Part shown: positions 11,876-25,050 of the stretch, piece by piece
Numbering within the stretch: position 1 is the first letter of the stretch
Layout of the letters: each line of letters opens with the position of its first letter
NCBI RefSeq assembly: GCF_036321535.1
Contig: NC_087436.1
Span: forward strand, 248,001 to 312,000
Direction: 5' to 3'
DNA: 64,000 nucleotides
Source of the DNA: Camelus dromedarius
Lineage: Eukaryota
Translations under genes and position numbers: made by a program
Notes under the pieces: generated by a model
What the model was told of the DNA's origin: nothing
Database searches by the model: none
What the model saw: the letters and a program-made list of their open reading frames with translations, nothing else

Positions 11876-12084
11876 GAAAATGCAGCCCATTTTGTGAAAG
11901 CAGACCATGCTCAGAAAGTAACTGGTATTTCTAGGGGCCAGACATGAAGCGCAGTGAGTGTGGCCTGTTCAAGAATAAGAGGGCAGTCTGCCAGGTCTGG
12001 AGGAGAGTGACAAGGGAAGTGTGGTACAGGTAGGATTCAGACCACGTGGGGACATGACAGGCTGGGATAAGGAGCCTGGACTTC

Positions 12085-12209
12085 CAGTCATCCCTTGGTA
12101 ATCATGGGGCACTGTTTCCAGGACTCCCCCGATGTCAACATCCATGGATGCTGACGCCTCTTGTATAAAATGGCATAGGACTTGCATGGAACTTATGTGC
12201 ACCCTCCCA

Positions 12210-12261
<52 letters not shown>

Positions 12262-12575
12262 AATATTTTTTATTGAGTTATAGTCATTTAACAATTTTGC
12301 ATCAAATTCCAGCTTAGAGTACAATTTTTCAGTTATACATGAATATACACGTACATTCGTTGTCACATTCTCTTTTGCTGTGTCCTCCTGTGCACTTTAA
12401 ATCATCTCTAGATTACTCACGGTATCTAATACAACATGAAAGCTATGTAAGTAGTTGTCAGTGTATGGCAAATTCAAGTGATGCTATTGAAACTTTCTGT
12501 TTTTCCACGAATATTTTCAAACCACTGTTAATTGAATCTGCTGGATAGGGAGCCCCTAGATATGGAGAACCCCCA
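12085..12575 (+). mobile_element. MER2/Tigger-type DNA transposon, interrupted by a (TA)n plus L1 3'-end insertion (~12214-12383)
   Basis: CAGTCATCCCTTGGTA...TCCATGGATGCT...TATAAAATGGCATAG and ACTTTAAATCATCTCTAGATTAC. The insert is flanked by degenerate direct repeats CCTCCCATGTAC / CCTCCTGTGCAC. Confidence 0.75.
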
Positions 12576-13711
12576 AGCTCTTCCTTTCCACCCCCTAAAT
12601 TTCCACTGCAAGCACTTAAGTGGTCCAAACATAGAAGAGCACCATCTACCTGCTGGAAACCCTGAGGAATTCCTTCAGCTTATGTAGCATAGGAGAGAAT
12701 GTATAGGGACAACTAGTCGGAAAGGACTGCCTGCCTGGAGAGGAAGGAGGAAAGACCGCAGTGGAAGCCAGCTCGCACCCTTACTGGAGCTAGCTGATAG
12801 CAGTGAGGGACGCCGAGGAACTGGAGGCACGTCACATGGGGGGCGATCCTGGCCACCATGTGCAGGGTTCGCATAGCTGGGACCCAGTTTGCAAGATTAA
12901 AATAACAAGGGGGGAGAGGGGCTGCCTCAGCCCCGGGATCCTGACAACGGCCACAGCGCCGTGACCCCAGCTAATGCAGCTCCCCTAGTAAGCCAGAAAA
13001 AGGAAACTCTGAGCCAAGATATTGCAGATTCCACCGCAGCCACACGGATAACTAGATCTCTAAGCTGACAAAATGTAACCAATGGAAACAGGAATCTTTC
13101 CTTTTCTCTTCATTTGGACCTTTGGACAGGGAGCCACAAATCTCGGATGGGAACCATCTTTAATCCAATAGAGAGCTCACTTTTTCAGGAATAAGCATGG
13201 AGAAAAAGAGTGGGGTGATGGTTTAAAGCGGAAGTCAAAGTGGAAGCCCATCTGAGAAATGGTAAAAACATGCATCTCAATGAATCCGAGTTATGGCGAA
13301 AAGAAGGAGGAAGGTTAAGGAAATCTCTATCCAGCAGACAAGACTAGCCAGTCATAAAAAGACAGCACTTTAAATCAAGAAAACTGTTTTTGTTTTTTGG
13401 TGATGAAAAACAATGCCATAATTTAAAACAAGGCTTGGGCCATCAACAACACCCTGAGAGTTGTTGAGGAGGAGAACATAAAGCTGCATATAGACATGAA
13501 TGGTTTCCAAGTCCACCGCTCGGAAAAACTTAGCCAATCATGTGTCCAGTTGATTTGAAAATCCCGATAAGTAAATAACTCAAAAGTGGGAAAGACATGG
13601 TATTAAATAGTGATAGTGAGCAATGAAATCCAAGAAGTTTATACCTATATTTTCATTGTTAATATAACAAACTGAAAGCAACTGTCAAAAAGTAGTAACT
13701 GGAGGACACTT

Positions 13712-13748
13712 ACACACACACACACACACACAAACGCACACACACACA
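13712..13748. repeat. (CA)n microsatellite
   Basis: Direct read. Confidence 0.9.
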
Positions 13749-14759
13749 ATCTGGAACAGCAGAGAGGTAAAATATGCTAAATTTATCATTATTGTGGAAC
13801 AGGATCTAATAATTATTTCATTTTTGATAGTGTTATAGGAATACTGGTCCAATTACATAGAAAGTTATGAACTTAGAGATATTTATAAAAATTTAGAGAG
13901 AATTTTCATTAAAAGGCAATATAGCTTCCAAATCATTGAAGAGAAAATTAACAATAAAAAAATTAATCAATCCAGCTAATATGGAGTAACAGAGACCATA
14001 TTTACCATCCTAAATTAAACCACAAAATGGATACAATATATGAAGCAATGATTTTTAAGAGAGGTGAAACGATCATCCACTAGGACCCTGTCCTGCCACC
14101 CCCATAACAAGGCTGCTAGGCCTCCTACTGCCATCACCAATAATGTCCACCAAGAAACGGCATTTCCTTCCTCTGCTCCTACTGCAGAGCCAGTCCTGAG
14201 CAGTCCTTTTCCAGATTTTGACAGACAGCTCCCAGAAGTGCTCTCTTGGGTCTTGGTCCCTTTTGGCCACCAGCAAAGGGATCAAGGATGAGCAGTAAGC
14301 CTCCTTACTCATCCAAGACCTAGGAACCTATCTGATTTCTGAGCAGGGCTTCACTCTTGTCTGCTGTCTGGTACTCTCTGCCCGGCTTCCCGAGTCCTCG
14401 GATTGGGCAGCCTGCACGCTGGCCACAGCCCATCAAAATCTGTTCCCCCGCCATGAGGCCACGCGTGATCGTGAGCAGGGCTCCAGGCCTCTGGAGCAGC
14501 GTGGCTTGGACTGCGTCCTGGCCCTTGGCGCGTGAGTTCCATGCCCTTGGTTGAGTCAGTTAACATCTCTAAGCTAAGTTTCCTCATCAGTAAAATGAAA
14601 ACATATCAATATGGTAAAAAAAAAAATCAGAATCAGGGCGGAATAAATTTCTGATGACTGAAGATTTTTTAAATTTTTAATTATACAGCAAAAGACATCA
14701 TACAAATTTTACTACTTCAGAATTCTAAAGGACAGCTTCTACTGTTAAAACTAATGCAT

Positions 14760-14965
14760 GAACGTACACACAAACACACGTGCAGACACACTGACTCTGA
14801 TCCACATACATCCCTACACACACACGTACATGGACTCATGTACCACACACACACATAGCATGCACACAACCACATATATCCCCAGGGGCGCCTGTGCACA
14901 GCCACACACACACTCACAGTCATGTACCACAAAATTCCCCAGGTGCGTTCGTGCGCACACACACG
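14760..14965. repeat. Degenerate (CA)-rich low-complexity tract
   Basis: Interrupted CACACA runs. Confidence 0.8.
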
Positions 14966-17354
14966 TCATAACCACCTTTGGCATTATTCTAAATCAATTT
15001 ACAATTGAGGGTCTCAGTGTCCATTGTTTTATCCTCTCAGAAGATCCTGACTTCGGAGCGTGAAGCAGAAGCCCTTCGTCGCTGGAGACGGTCTTTGCCA
15101 CTTACAGTCTCAGTAGAGCCAACATAAATGCTCTGGACCTTTGGAAGTGCAGTTCCAGAGCATACCTGGGAGCTCACATCCTATATATCTAAACATTTTA
15201 AGTGCAGTAGGTTCTAAAGTCCTGCCTTTACAAATATATATTTATTATAAGCAGGAAGGCCAGGTTCAAAATTAGAATTCCCAGACACAGGGGAGTCCTG
15301 CAAAGAAAGTGAGCGTGTGGGGAGAGCTGATTCCCAGACTCTGATCACTAGCCTGACCCTTTTCTTCCCAATGCTGGGTCCATCCCTTGCCATAAGGGGC
15401 CTTGGATGTGCACAGGGGGACACTCAGATTTCACGTCCGGGCTCTGCCTATAACCTCCATGCAAACAGCTGCCCTTTAGTCTCTCTGTGAGTCCTGGGTA
15501 TCTGAAATCCGGGGAGAGCCAGTGCAGGCACTAGAAATGGGTCAGGGGCTGCTGAGGCAGGGCATTCGGGGTCCTGGGTTTCTAGAGCACGGGGTGGAGC
15601 CAACGACCATGTCCCCTTGGTCCTGCTGACGCCACCCGATGGAGGGGGTGGCCAGAGGAAGTGTCAAGGCCAGGGGGACAGTCTACAGTGCAGGACCGAG
15701 GGCAGCGTGTCCCCTTGCAGGGGTCTAAGGCGAGAAGCCCTAAGGAAAGTTCTGAGGAGGCTGTAATGTATCATCATTCCCATTAATTAAAAAAAACAAA
15801 AGCTTACCACAGGCGTGCGTGGGAAGGGTTTTGTTCTAACAAGGGAATGCACTTGCCAACGTCTGGCCATAGAGGGCTGGTGGGCTTGCCAGGTTGACGA
15901 GGAACCGAGAGGCCGTTATTCTCCACTGGGTCTAAACACTGCCTGAATTCCTCCAGGTGACACTTAAATGCAGTGAGACATGGAACCCTCTCAATTTGTT
16001 AAAATATTCATGGTGAGCCATGCAACTCTCTCCTCATTCTTGGCTACGAAAGCACGATAAACACAGGTGGGAATATCATCAGCCTGTTGGTTGGTTCACT
16101 GTCCATCTGGTGCCCCCTCTTGTAGGAGGCTTTATCACATCACCCAGGGCTGATCCATCTCACGATCACAGCTGATTTTCTGCAGGTGGCATCACTTGCT
16201 GGTGACACGAAGGAGACATGTTAGCCACCTCCCAAACACTGAGGCTTCTCCTGGGAGGAGCCTGCAGACCACCAGTCCAGCCTCTGCAAAATGATGCTCC
16301 TCAGTGTCACTTCCGGCTTGCTGCCCTGGCCTCTAACTCTGGCCAGAACCTCGCTGGATTGTCGATAAATGTCACCCATGCACCACGTCTAAGCTTCGCG
16401 TCCAGATGTGACCATGGTTCTTCTTTTCTTCCCATCGATGGATTGTTTGATCTTTGTGTAATCGTGTCGGCAGGAAGGCCAGTACCGCCCTCTTGAGGTC
16501 TCCCAGAACCGCCTCTCTCTGTAACTGTCCTAGCGCCCCAGGGGATCGGGTCTGAAGCCTGGCACTCAGACACGAGGATGACAGCTGGAGAGATAGGAAT
16601 CCACTCCTGCTGTGGCTTCTACTGAGGCTCGATGTGGCCATAGAAACGGATCCCACAGGCCCTGACTTCACTTGACTCACTGCAGGGATGCTCCCAAACT
16701 GCCCCATTCCCCCCAGAGACCGAGGGCTTTCGGCTTGTTCCCGAAAGCCCCACCCCCGAGGGGGCACTGGGTCCAGTGGAGCGTCCAGCCTGGTTCCCCG
16801 CCAGCCCTTAGGGCTTTTGTGGGGCCTGGAACATCAACTACCCTCCCCTTAGGGGCCCGTTTGTCCTTTCCAGCCAACAGACCTAGGTCATAAGCACTTT
16901 AACTCACCTGAGGGTGTTTTCCTCACTTCAGGGGCAGTGAAGACGGGGCTTCTTCACACTCCAAGTGCCCCCGGTCTGGATGCAGACAGTCTGGCTCTCC
17001 ACCCAGTCCTGCAGTTCCCGGCCACACCTGCTGCTGGTCACTGAGTCTGTGCTGTGTTCTCTTCCAGGACAAGAGGTGCACTCTGCCCCCAACCCCGCCC
17101 CCACCAGCGGTGGCAGAGGCGGCGGACAGGCAGGTGAGATGGGGCCTGAGACAGTGCCCACAAATCAGTGCCCCAGAGGCCGCTGGTGACTAGAGGGACC
17201 ACGCGGCAGAAGCCAGCATGGGAAGGGAGGAGGAAGAAGGTTCAGGATAAGGAGATGAAAGGGGGAATGGATAGCACCGTGAGTACCTCGACCATGAAAG
17301 GGAAGAGAAAAGACAGTGACAGCTGGAGCGGTGTTGGTGTTAAAAGCTGAGGGC

Positions 17355-17780
17355 TTTTTTTTAAAATTTTATTAATTACCAATATATATTGACAGATTTC
17401 TTATTTTATTAAAGATTATGTGCCATGTCATATAACAAGATATAGTATGTTATTATTTATTAAATAATACATAATAGAAGATATACTAGCATATTATGTT
17501 CTGTTTATTTATTAGCAGATAGTATATAATATATATGTAGGTGTTTATATACATAACATATAATTCATGCATCTATGTAATATATAACCCATAACAAATA
17601 ATGTAAGATTATCATTAATATAAAATATAACAAGATTACATAACAATAATGATGTAATATTACCCATTGTATGTCTTGGTTCATGACACATTCTCATCAT
17701 AGATGCCTGTCAGAGGTATTTATGTATTAAAATTAATATTAAAAGACACAGTTATGAACATATCACCCAGCATCATAACA
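17355..17780. repeat. AT-rich low-complexity tract merging into old L1-like sequence
   Basis: Very high A+T content with TATA/ATAA runs. Confidence 0.7.
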
Positions 17781-19559
17781 GGAATATTGACAGAGACATA
17801 CTGTGTCCTCTTTCCCTATCCTGTTCTTGGCCTCTTCTCATAGGAAATAACCATCATCCTGACTCCTGGCTTACCCTTCTCTTGTGTTATTTTCACACAC
17901 ACAATATTTAAGATCAGTTAAAACAAATGAACTGCAGGTACATGCAATGAAATGGATGAATCATACACTCTATGTTAAATTGAAAAAGTAAGCCCTAGAA
18001 GGTGGCCTATAGTGTGCTATGCTTTTAACTGTGTATATATATGACAAATAAACTCACTAAATTAAGAACAACTACAGCTAGAGTCCAGGTGGGAGAGAGA
18101 CAGATAAAATTTGAGGTGAGCAGGTTTGCTGCAGGTGAGCGAGATCCTTTCCAGTAACATGTCATTCTCTCTGAAGCAGGAGGCAAGGCCATCTGCTGGG
18201 AGTCAGGGAAGAGACAGAGGGAAGCTTCAAGGTGTGCAGAGAGCAGAGAACGTTAACACCACTGAGTGATAAGTGGGGAAATGTGCTCACTAGAGAAATC
18301 CTGGAGGATTGCCTGGCAGCGGCAACATGGTGGGAATTGATTTGTAGTCTTAGAAACCTGTGCTGGGAGAGCCTGCTGCCTGCAGGCTCAGAGCAAGTAG
18401 AGCTGGGTGAACCGAGATGGAAGTCGGCCTGGTGAGGAACTGAAAAAGTCAAGGCTCAAGGGGGTTTTGTCTCTCATAAAGAGAGTGCTGACTGTGGATG
18501 CAGAGCTGGAAGGTGGGGAAGTGGAAGTTAGAGGAACGAAGACAGGCAGGAAAGCAGAGTCAGTGCATGATGCCCCAGTGAGGGTGAAGGAGTGCCAGGG
18601 AGGCTGGTGGAGAAGCAGCTTGACGGCTAGAGGTGGGCACTTAAAGGAGAGGGCATGGAACTTGGGTGGAGACATGCCCGGGTATGAGCCCGGGGGTAGG
18701 GTGAATTGGGGGTGGCTGGCTCAGGCTGACGGAGAAGAAGACCCTAAAATGACCACACTGGGTGGAGGAGGGAGAATGAATTTTGACGTCTTGATGGTAG
18801 GAGGGGAGGCAATACAGAGCTGGTGGTCCAGGTGTTCCTGACTGAGGCAGATGAGCAGGGAGGCCAGGGTGGCAGGCACTGATAGGAAAGGATCCGTGTT
18901 TTCCAGGTGCTCCCACTAGGGGAGGAGCAATCATCTGAAGGTGGAAAGTGAGCACAAGGAGGCCAACCCAGGCTCCTGGTCAAACTGGGGTTGTGAGGGG
19001 GCAAAGTGTCAACTCCAGAGATGGTTACCCAGGAAGCAGGGACCACGGGTGAAGTGAGGGGACACTCAGAGAAGAGAGGGAGAAGAGTCTTCTGGGTGTA
19101 GGGGGAAGAGAGGCCCCAGGACAAAGGAGCACAGGGGCACAGTGATGAGGATGGACTGGCTCTATGGTGACACTGAAGGGATGGCTGGATCTTTGTCCTG
19201 AGGGCTTAGGTTGGGGGGGACTACTGGCCTCATGAGGATCCCCTCTCAGCAGCCTGGACAGACGCTCCCGCTCCTGAGGTCTGTGTGGCCACCACTGTTC
19301 CCGGAGGGGCCCTGCCTCCATCTTTTCTTATCAGACTTTCCTGCCCAGCCCCCGACTGCCAGCGAGGGAGCCTGGGCCTCGAAGCTGCTTCCCGTGGAGG
19401 GACACAGGCTCCTCGGAGAAGCAGGCTGATCTTAATTTTCTCCGTAACCCAGAGCCTAGCAAAGCGCCAGCCCATATGTGGGCCATGTAGGGGCTCGGAT
19501 ACTTACCAAACTAACTCAAAGCAGTAGAATAGCAGAGCCAGAGGAAGTGATCACTGAGC

Positions 19560-19905
19560 CCACAGATTTCACTGCCCACACCTCCATTCTACAGATGAGG
19601 AATCCGAGACCAAGCGGTGAAGCAGCCTTGGCCTAGGTCACGCTGCTCTTAAATGCTGGCCTGTGTCGGGCATGCCAAGTGATGTGCTGCAGTGAAGGGG
19701 CTGAGAGGGGGCTCTGGGGCCAGACATCTTGGGTTCAATTCCCAGCTCTGCCATTTATTAGCCGTGTGATTAATTAATGTCCTTACCTTTAAAGTGGAAC
19801 TCATAGTGGTGCGAACTCATTGGGTTGTCATGAACACAGCGTTCATGGAACAGCAGGACAGAGTTCTGTAAGGGTTTGCTATTGCTTTGGTTACTATTAT
19901 TATCA
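19560..19905. mobile_element. Two MIR fragments in opposite orientation
   Basis: CCATTCTACAGATGAGGAATCCGAGAC...GGTCAC and CTTGGGTTCAATTCCCAGCTCTGCCATTTATTAGCCGTGTGA match the MIR core. Confidence 0.75.
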
Positions 19906-20989
19906 CCAATTGAACCCTGAAATGAAGAACAAAGGCAGCAAGAATTTTTATTTTAAAGGAGTTTCAAATCCTCTGATGAATGCTTCATTTCATCTATTCA
20001 AGTTTGCATTTGACACTTATTAACAACTACACAATGGATGACTTTTGAGGCACTCTTGCTTCATGTCTTTAATTCTCACTAATGACACAGGCTATTTAAC
20101 AGGCAGCAGTTTCTTTTCCAGGAAGAGGGACAAAAGGTTAAAATGTCTCAGTGCCTCTCGGTCCCCAGTGAGTTGGTTGTGACCTGTCAACCCAGCTTTG
20201 GGGAAGTGCCCGCTCCCCCTGGGCTCGCTGAGCTGCCCCGCAGCCTCCGGGGGCGCCGTACCCCCACACGAATCCAGTCTCTTTGTTCCTATCTTTGTTT
20301 CATATCCCTCAAGGACTGCCCATGCCCCAGGGCCCCATCTGCCCCGCCAGCCTCGCCTGCTGGAATCCAGGACACTATCCTGGGTCTCAACCATCCTCTG
20401 TTCATATGACCGCCCCACTACTCTACATTTTGTCCTACAAGTGTGGGCTCCTGTGGCTCGCCACACAGCAGGGGTCTCCCAGTCCTCCACCTTGGGTAAC
20501 TGCATTGTCCTGCACAGTGCCTAGCGAACCCGTGTGGAGGCAGGAAGAATACAGAACAACAGGTGCTCAGAGGGGCTGCCTTTCCCACTGCAGGGGCCCT
20601 AGAGAGCTTCCTCCCGGCAGGTTATTCACAGGCGCTGAAGCTGTGGAATCTCGATCTCACCAATTTAAAGGGCACCATCACTAATTACACAAGCAATCAT
20701 TTCTTCAGTAGCAAAAGGAGAAAAGACTTTGTTCCCCACCTCCAACTTTTTTCCTCCACCTTCAGATGTTTCTCATCTTTGGACTAGGGTAGAAAGCAAC
20801 TCACAGAATATTATTTTTCAATGTTTTTCCCACTCTGAAGATTGCTTTCCCAGAACCGATGAAGGCTAGAATGGACTTAGCTTTCCTGGACTGAGTATTC
20901 AGAGGCCTGGGGTGGGAAGGGGAGGGGAGAGGGGAGATAACTCAGCAATATTGAACCTAACAGAGACATTACAATGTTCTATTCTAAAC

Positions 20990-22515
20990 AGAAAGGAAGC
21001 AGGGTGCTGTAGAAACAGGAAAACCATAGTTGGAAATGCAAAAACGAGTTACAAGAGAATAAACATAAAGATGTAAAAATGAAAAAGGACATCAAAATAA
21101 AAAAAGGTGGGAATGGGAGAGGGGAACAAGAAAATATAGATTTTTTTCTTTCTTTTTTTTCTTCATTATTCTTAGGATGTGTTGGAGCCTAAGCGATTAT
21201 CAGTCTAAAGAAAATAGATATAGTAATGGGTTGATATATTTGAAGAATAAGGTAACCACAAATCAAAAGCATACAATACAGTCACAAAAAAACCAAAAAG
21301 AAACAAACTCAAAATGGCTTAAAGACTTAAATATTAGACAAGACACTACAAACTTCTCTCAAGAAAACATAGGCAAAACATTATTTGACATACATCTCAG
21401 CAATGGTTTCCTAGGGCAATCTAAGCAACCCAAGCAACAGAAATAAAAGCCAAAATAAATAAATGAGACCTAATTGAACTTATAAACTTTTGCACAGCAA
21501 TAGAAACCATAAGTAAAACAAAAAGACAACTTATGGAATGGGAGAAAATATTTGCAAAAGATGAGACTGACATTGGCTTAATTTCTAGACTATATAAATT
21601 GTTCATACAACTTAATAAGAAAAAAATAAACAACCAAATCCAAAAATGGGCAGAACAGCTAAACAAGCAATTCTCCAATGAAGACACACAAATGGCCAAT
21701 AGGCATATAAAAAAATGCTCAGTATCGCTCAATTATCAGAGAATTGCAGCTCAAAACTACATTGTTATCATCTCACACCAGTCAGAATGGCCATCATTCA
21801 AAAGTCCACAAACCATAAATGCCGGAGAGGCTGTGGAGAAAAGGAAACCCTCCTACATTGTTGATGGGAATGTAGTTTGGTGCAGCCACTGTGGAAAACA
21901 GTATGGAGATTCCTCAAAAGACAAAAAAAAAAAAAAAAAAAAAAAAGACTTATCACCTAGTCCAGCAATCCTGCTCCTGGGCATATATCCAGAGGGAACC
22001 TTCATTCCAAAAGATACCTTCACCCCAATGTTCACAGGAGCACTCTTTACAATGGCCAAGACATAGAAGCAAACTAAACGTCCACTGACAGATGACTGGA
22101 TAAAGATGTGGTATTTAGATATAACAGAATATTACTCAGTCATAACAAAGAAGGAAATAAAGTCATTTACAGCAACTTGGATGGAACTGGAGATTATCTC
22201 ACTAAGTGAAATAAGTCAGACAAAGTCAAATATCATATGATATCATTTATATGTGGAATTTTAAAAAAAAGATACAAATGAACTTATTTATAAAACAAAA
22301 ACAGACTCACAGACTTGTAAAACAAACTTAGGAGTTTGGGATTAACAGATACAAATTACTATATGTAAAACAGACAAACGACAAGGATTCACTGTAGAAC
22401 ACAGGGAACAGTATTCAGTATCTTGCAACCTATAATGGAAAAGAACCTGAAAAAGAATAGACTATGTATATTTACAACTTAATCACTATGCTGTATACCT
22501 GAAACTAACAAAACA
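20990..22515 (+). mobile_element. L1: inter-ORF segment joined to ORF2 C-terminus and 3' UTR; internally deleted, no poly-A tail
   Basis: ORF 21533-22066 ([45 protein letters not shown]) is L1 ORF2 C-terminal. The 3' UTR ends at CTGTATACCTGAAACTAACAAAACA. Confidence 0.93.
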
Positions 22516-22799
22516 GCACAGGGAGTGAGTCCTTCTGGGACAAGGCCTCTGTGGCAGTGGCCTCCTTGTCACCGCTCCATCTCACCAGGAGGCCAGGTTT
22601 TTCAGAGGTGAGCGGACATAGAGCTCATACACTTCAAATTGATTTCCCGAAAAATCTATGGAAAAACCAAATTCACCTGCAGTGTGGGAAACATGAGCAG
22701 GGCCCCTAAGCAGACCAACAAACCCAAAGTAAGATGGCCCGTTGTTCAGATCGGAACCAGAACAACGACCACCTGGCCCCAGTTAAATTACCACCTCAC

Positions 22800-24530
22800 C
22801 TGCAATGAACTGCTCGTACTCAATGTCAGGGATGTTTCTGTTGAGACTTGGGAGGTCAAAGGAGTCGGACCAGGGATCGGGGCTCTGCCAGTGGTAGAGG
22901 TGGCCCCAAGGGAATAGCACCAGTACCGGCTCCTCCATCTTCAGCAGGGTCTTCAGGAGGAAGGCAATGTGGATGCAGACGTTCCTACGGAGGCTGAATC
23001 CCTCTGGAAGGTTGACGTCACACAGAAGGTACCTGGCTGGGAGCAAAGGAGAGCGGGTCATCAGGGCCAGGCCTCTGCACAGGAATCCCGGCTTAGATAG
23101 AACAGATACAACGGGAATCCCTGCACAGCCCATGGCCTACAATCCAGACACATTCAGCAGCTTCTGGTTTGTAAAGTGGAGGCACTGCCCACCCATCTCC
23201 ATGTGGCCAATTACTTCAAGTCCGGGAGCAGTTGTGGAAGACATCTTGGCATCTGTCTAACATCAAGCACCTGACTAGCACCTGAGCACCCGTTCTCCAG
23301 GGGCTCTCAAACTTCTTGTTTTACAGAACCCTATACATTCTTAACAATTACTGAGAACTCCAAAAGGCTGCTATTTATGTGAGTTAAATCTATCAATATT
23401 TCCTGTGTTAGAAGTAAAATAAGAAGTTAGAAAAAGTGTATGAATTCACTTAAAAATATTAACAATCTACTGTACGTTACCATTAATACTCTTAAACAAA
23501 ATATAATTCTATTTTTCAAAAGAAAAATCATTAGTGAGAAGAATAGCAGTGATTTTAATTTCTGCAAATCTCTTTTGGACTGGTGAGAGCTGAATTCTCC
23601 TATCTGCCTCTGCGTTCCCTGTTTTGTGATATCACAGGCCAGGTTTTCCCTGGAAAACCCCACAGGAACTCGGGAGAGCAAGAGTGTGCAAAAGGCAGGT
23701 GACATCCAGGCGTTTCTATGAAAATGGTTTTGCACCTCAGGGGCCTTGGATACACTTTGATAACTGCTGCCCTATCCAAGGCGAGACTCTTCTACACAAG
23801 AGCCAGGCAAGGGTCCTGGATTCTGTAATGAGTTACCGCCACCACACCCCTCCCTTTTCTGTGTGTTTCTCACAAACTCCATTACTGCAGATGAGGATGT
23901 AATCCTCAGCTGGGGCCTCTAATCCCAGAAGGCTGCTAACTTCAAGAGAGAGGGTCCCATCTACCATCCCTACACCCCGCATAGTTTATTTTGAGTGAAG
24001 CCCTAGATAACTACTTATCGGCACAGACCCTTGTGTCTTATTCCTGAGGTTGACTGAAGGAACCAACATCTGGATGGAACTGAAATTTCCCTGCAGATAA
24101 ACAAGGCTGATAAACCACATCATTCCAACATGTGACTCTGGGGCTCTTCAAAACCCGGGTAAGGACCCGCTTCATCTAAGAGGGGTCCTCCGCCTGCCCG
24201 TCCCGGTGGGTTCTGGGAGGCCGCGGCCACCAAGGGCTACCCAGACTCGCGGCCCCAGCCCCAGGGCCTGAGGGGGAGGAAAGCTTGAGTCTGTGCCCAA
24301 GCCCTGTCCCGCCCCGCCCCAACACACTCCCCGGCACCACAGCCCTCCCCGGCCACCACCCCAACACCGATCCCACCCTGGTTCATGTCCACCGGCCCCG
24401 CCGACGGCGCGGATGTACGTTTACCATCTGTGAGACGCCGCCCCAGACAAGATGTCGGCCGCCTACTGACCAGGCCAGAACTAGTCGCCCGGCCGAGCAA
24501 GCCGCCATCCCCAGCAGCAAGCACCGCCAT
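22800..24530 (-). pseudogene. POFUT2: POFUT2 5' partial duplicate (unprocessed pseudogene): coding exon 1 24530-24425, exon 2 23032-22800
   Basis: Exon 1 reads ATG GCG...LLLG... then [24 protein letters not shown], vs human [21 protein letters not shown]; TAG stops at 24483-24481 and 24465-24463. Exon 2 (CCAG|G...GCAG|GTGAGG, 233 nt) reads [77 protein letters not shown], vs [83 protein letters not shown]. No exon 3 seen downstream. Confidence 0.95.
23298..23769 (+). mobile_element. hAT-Charlie (Charlie1-like) DNA transposon relic in POFUT2-copy intron 1
   Basis: Termini CAGGGGCTCTCAAACTT ... ACACTTTGATAACTGCTG; internal ACATTCTTAACAATTACTGAGAACTCCAAAAG. Confidence 0.7.
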
Positions 24531-25050
24531 GGTCCCGGGCAGCTGCACACTTCCGGAGCCCGCTGCCCGCCCCAGAAGCTCAGGCCGGCCCGCGCGGAGC
24601 GCGGCGCCTGTAACCATGGCAACGCCGCAGGGCCATCCTCTAGCGCTTGCGTCGAGTGTCTTCCCGAGTCTAGATGTGCTAGGGCAGAACTTGCGGAGCC
24701 AATGGGAGCCAGGGCGCGGCCAGGACGGAGGTGGGGGAGGCTTATTGGGCAGTCGGGCGGGGCCGCTCGGAAGTCCTGACCTGCAGGTGGCGCCGGGCGG
24801 AGGCTGGGGCGGTGCTGCCACCAGTGGGCGGGGCAGTGGGGCAGCGGGGCAGCGAGATGGGGACACCCACACCTGTCCCTGTGTGGGGATCAGCCTGGGC
24901 TCCGTGGCCTCCGCTTGCACCGGACGTGGACCCAGGCTACCAGTGGGCAAGATAGAGGACTGAGCCCAGGCACGCACGGCTGGCCAGGTAGGGCACCTGA
25001 AGTGCAGATCCGCCAGGCCCGCTGCCGGCCTTGAATACTCGCTGCTAGGC
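24150..25050. promoter_or_regulatory. CpG-island promoter of the POFUT2 copy, probably bidirectional
   Basis: CpG-dense. RFX X-box GTAACCATGGCAAC at 24610-24623, CCAAT at 24699, inverted CCAAT (ATTGG) at 24744, GC box at ~24755, ETS motifs CGGAAGT at ~24768 and ACTTCCGG at ~24549. Plus-strand donor CCAG|GTAGGG at ~24987. Confidence 0.85.

Noticed and set aside
16307..16767. Minus-strand ORFs (88 and 131 aa) as a known testis protein such as C2orf81
   Set aside because: Only a few residues looked similar; no convincing alignment from memory.
21533..22066. 177-aa ORF as a host gene
   Set aside because: L1 ORF2 C-terminal fragment with frameshifts and a poly-A slippage run.
24237..24977. 246-aa (-) and 164/192-aa (+) ORFs over the first CpG island
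   Set aside because: Stop-poor GC-rich sequence. The real homology (POFUT2 exon 1) is in another frame containing stops.
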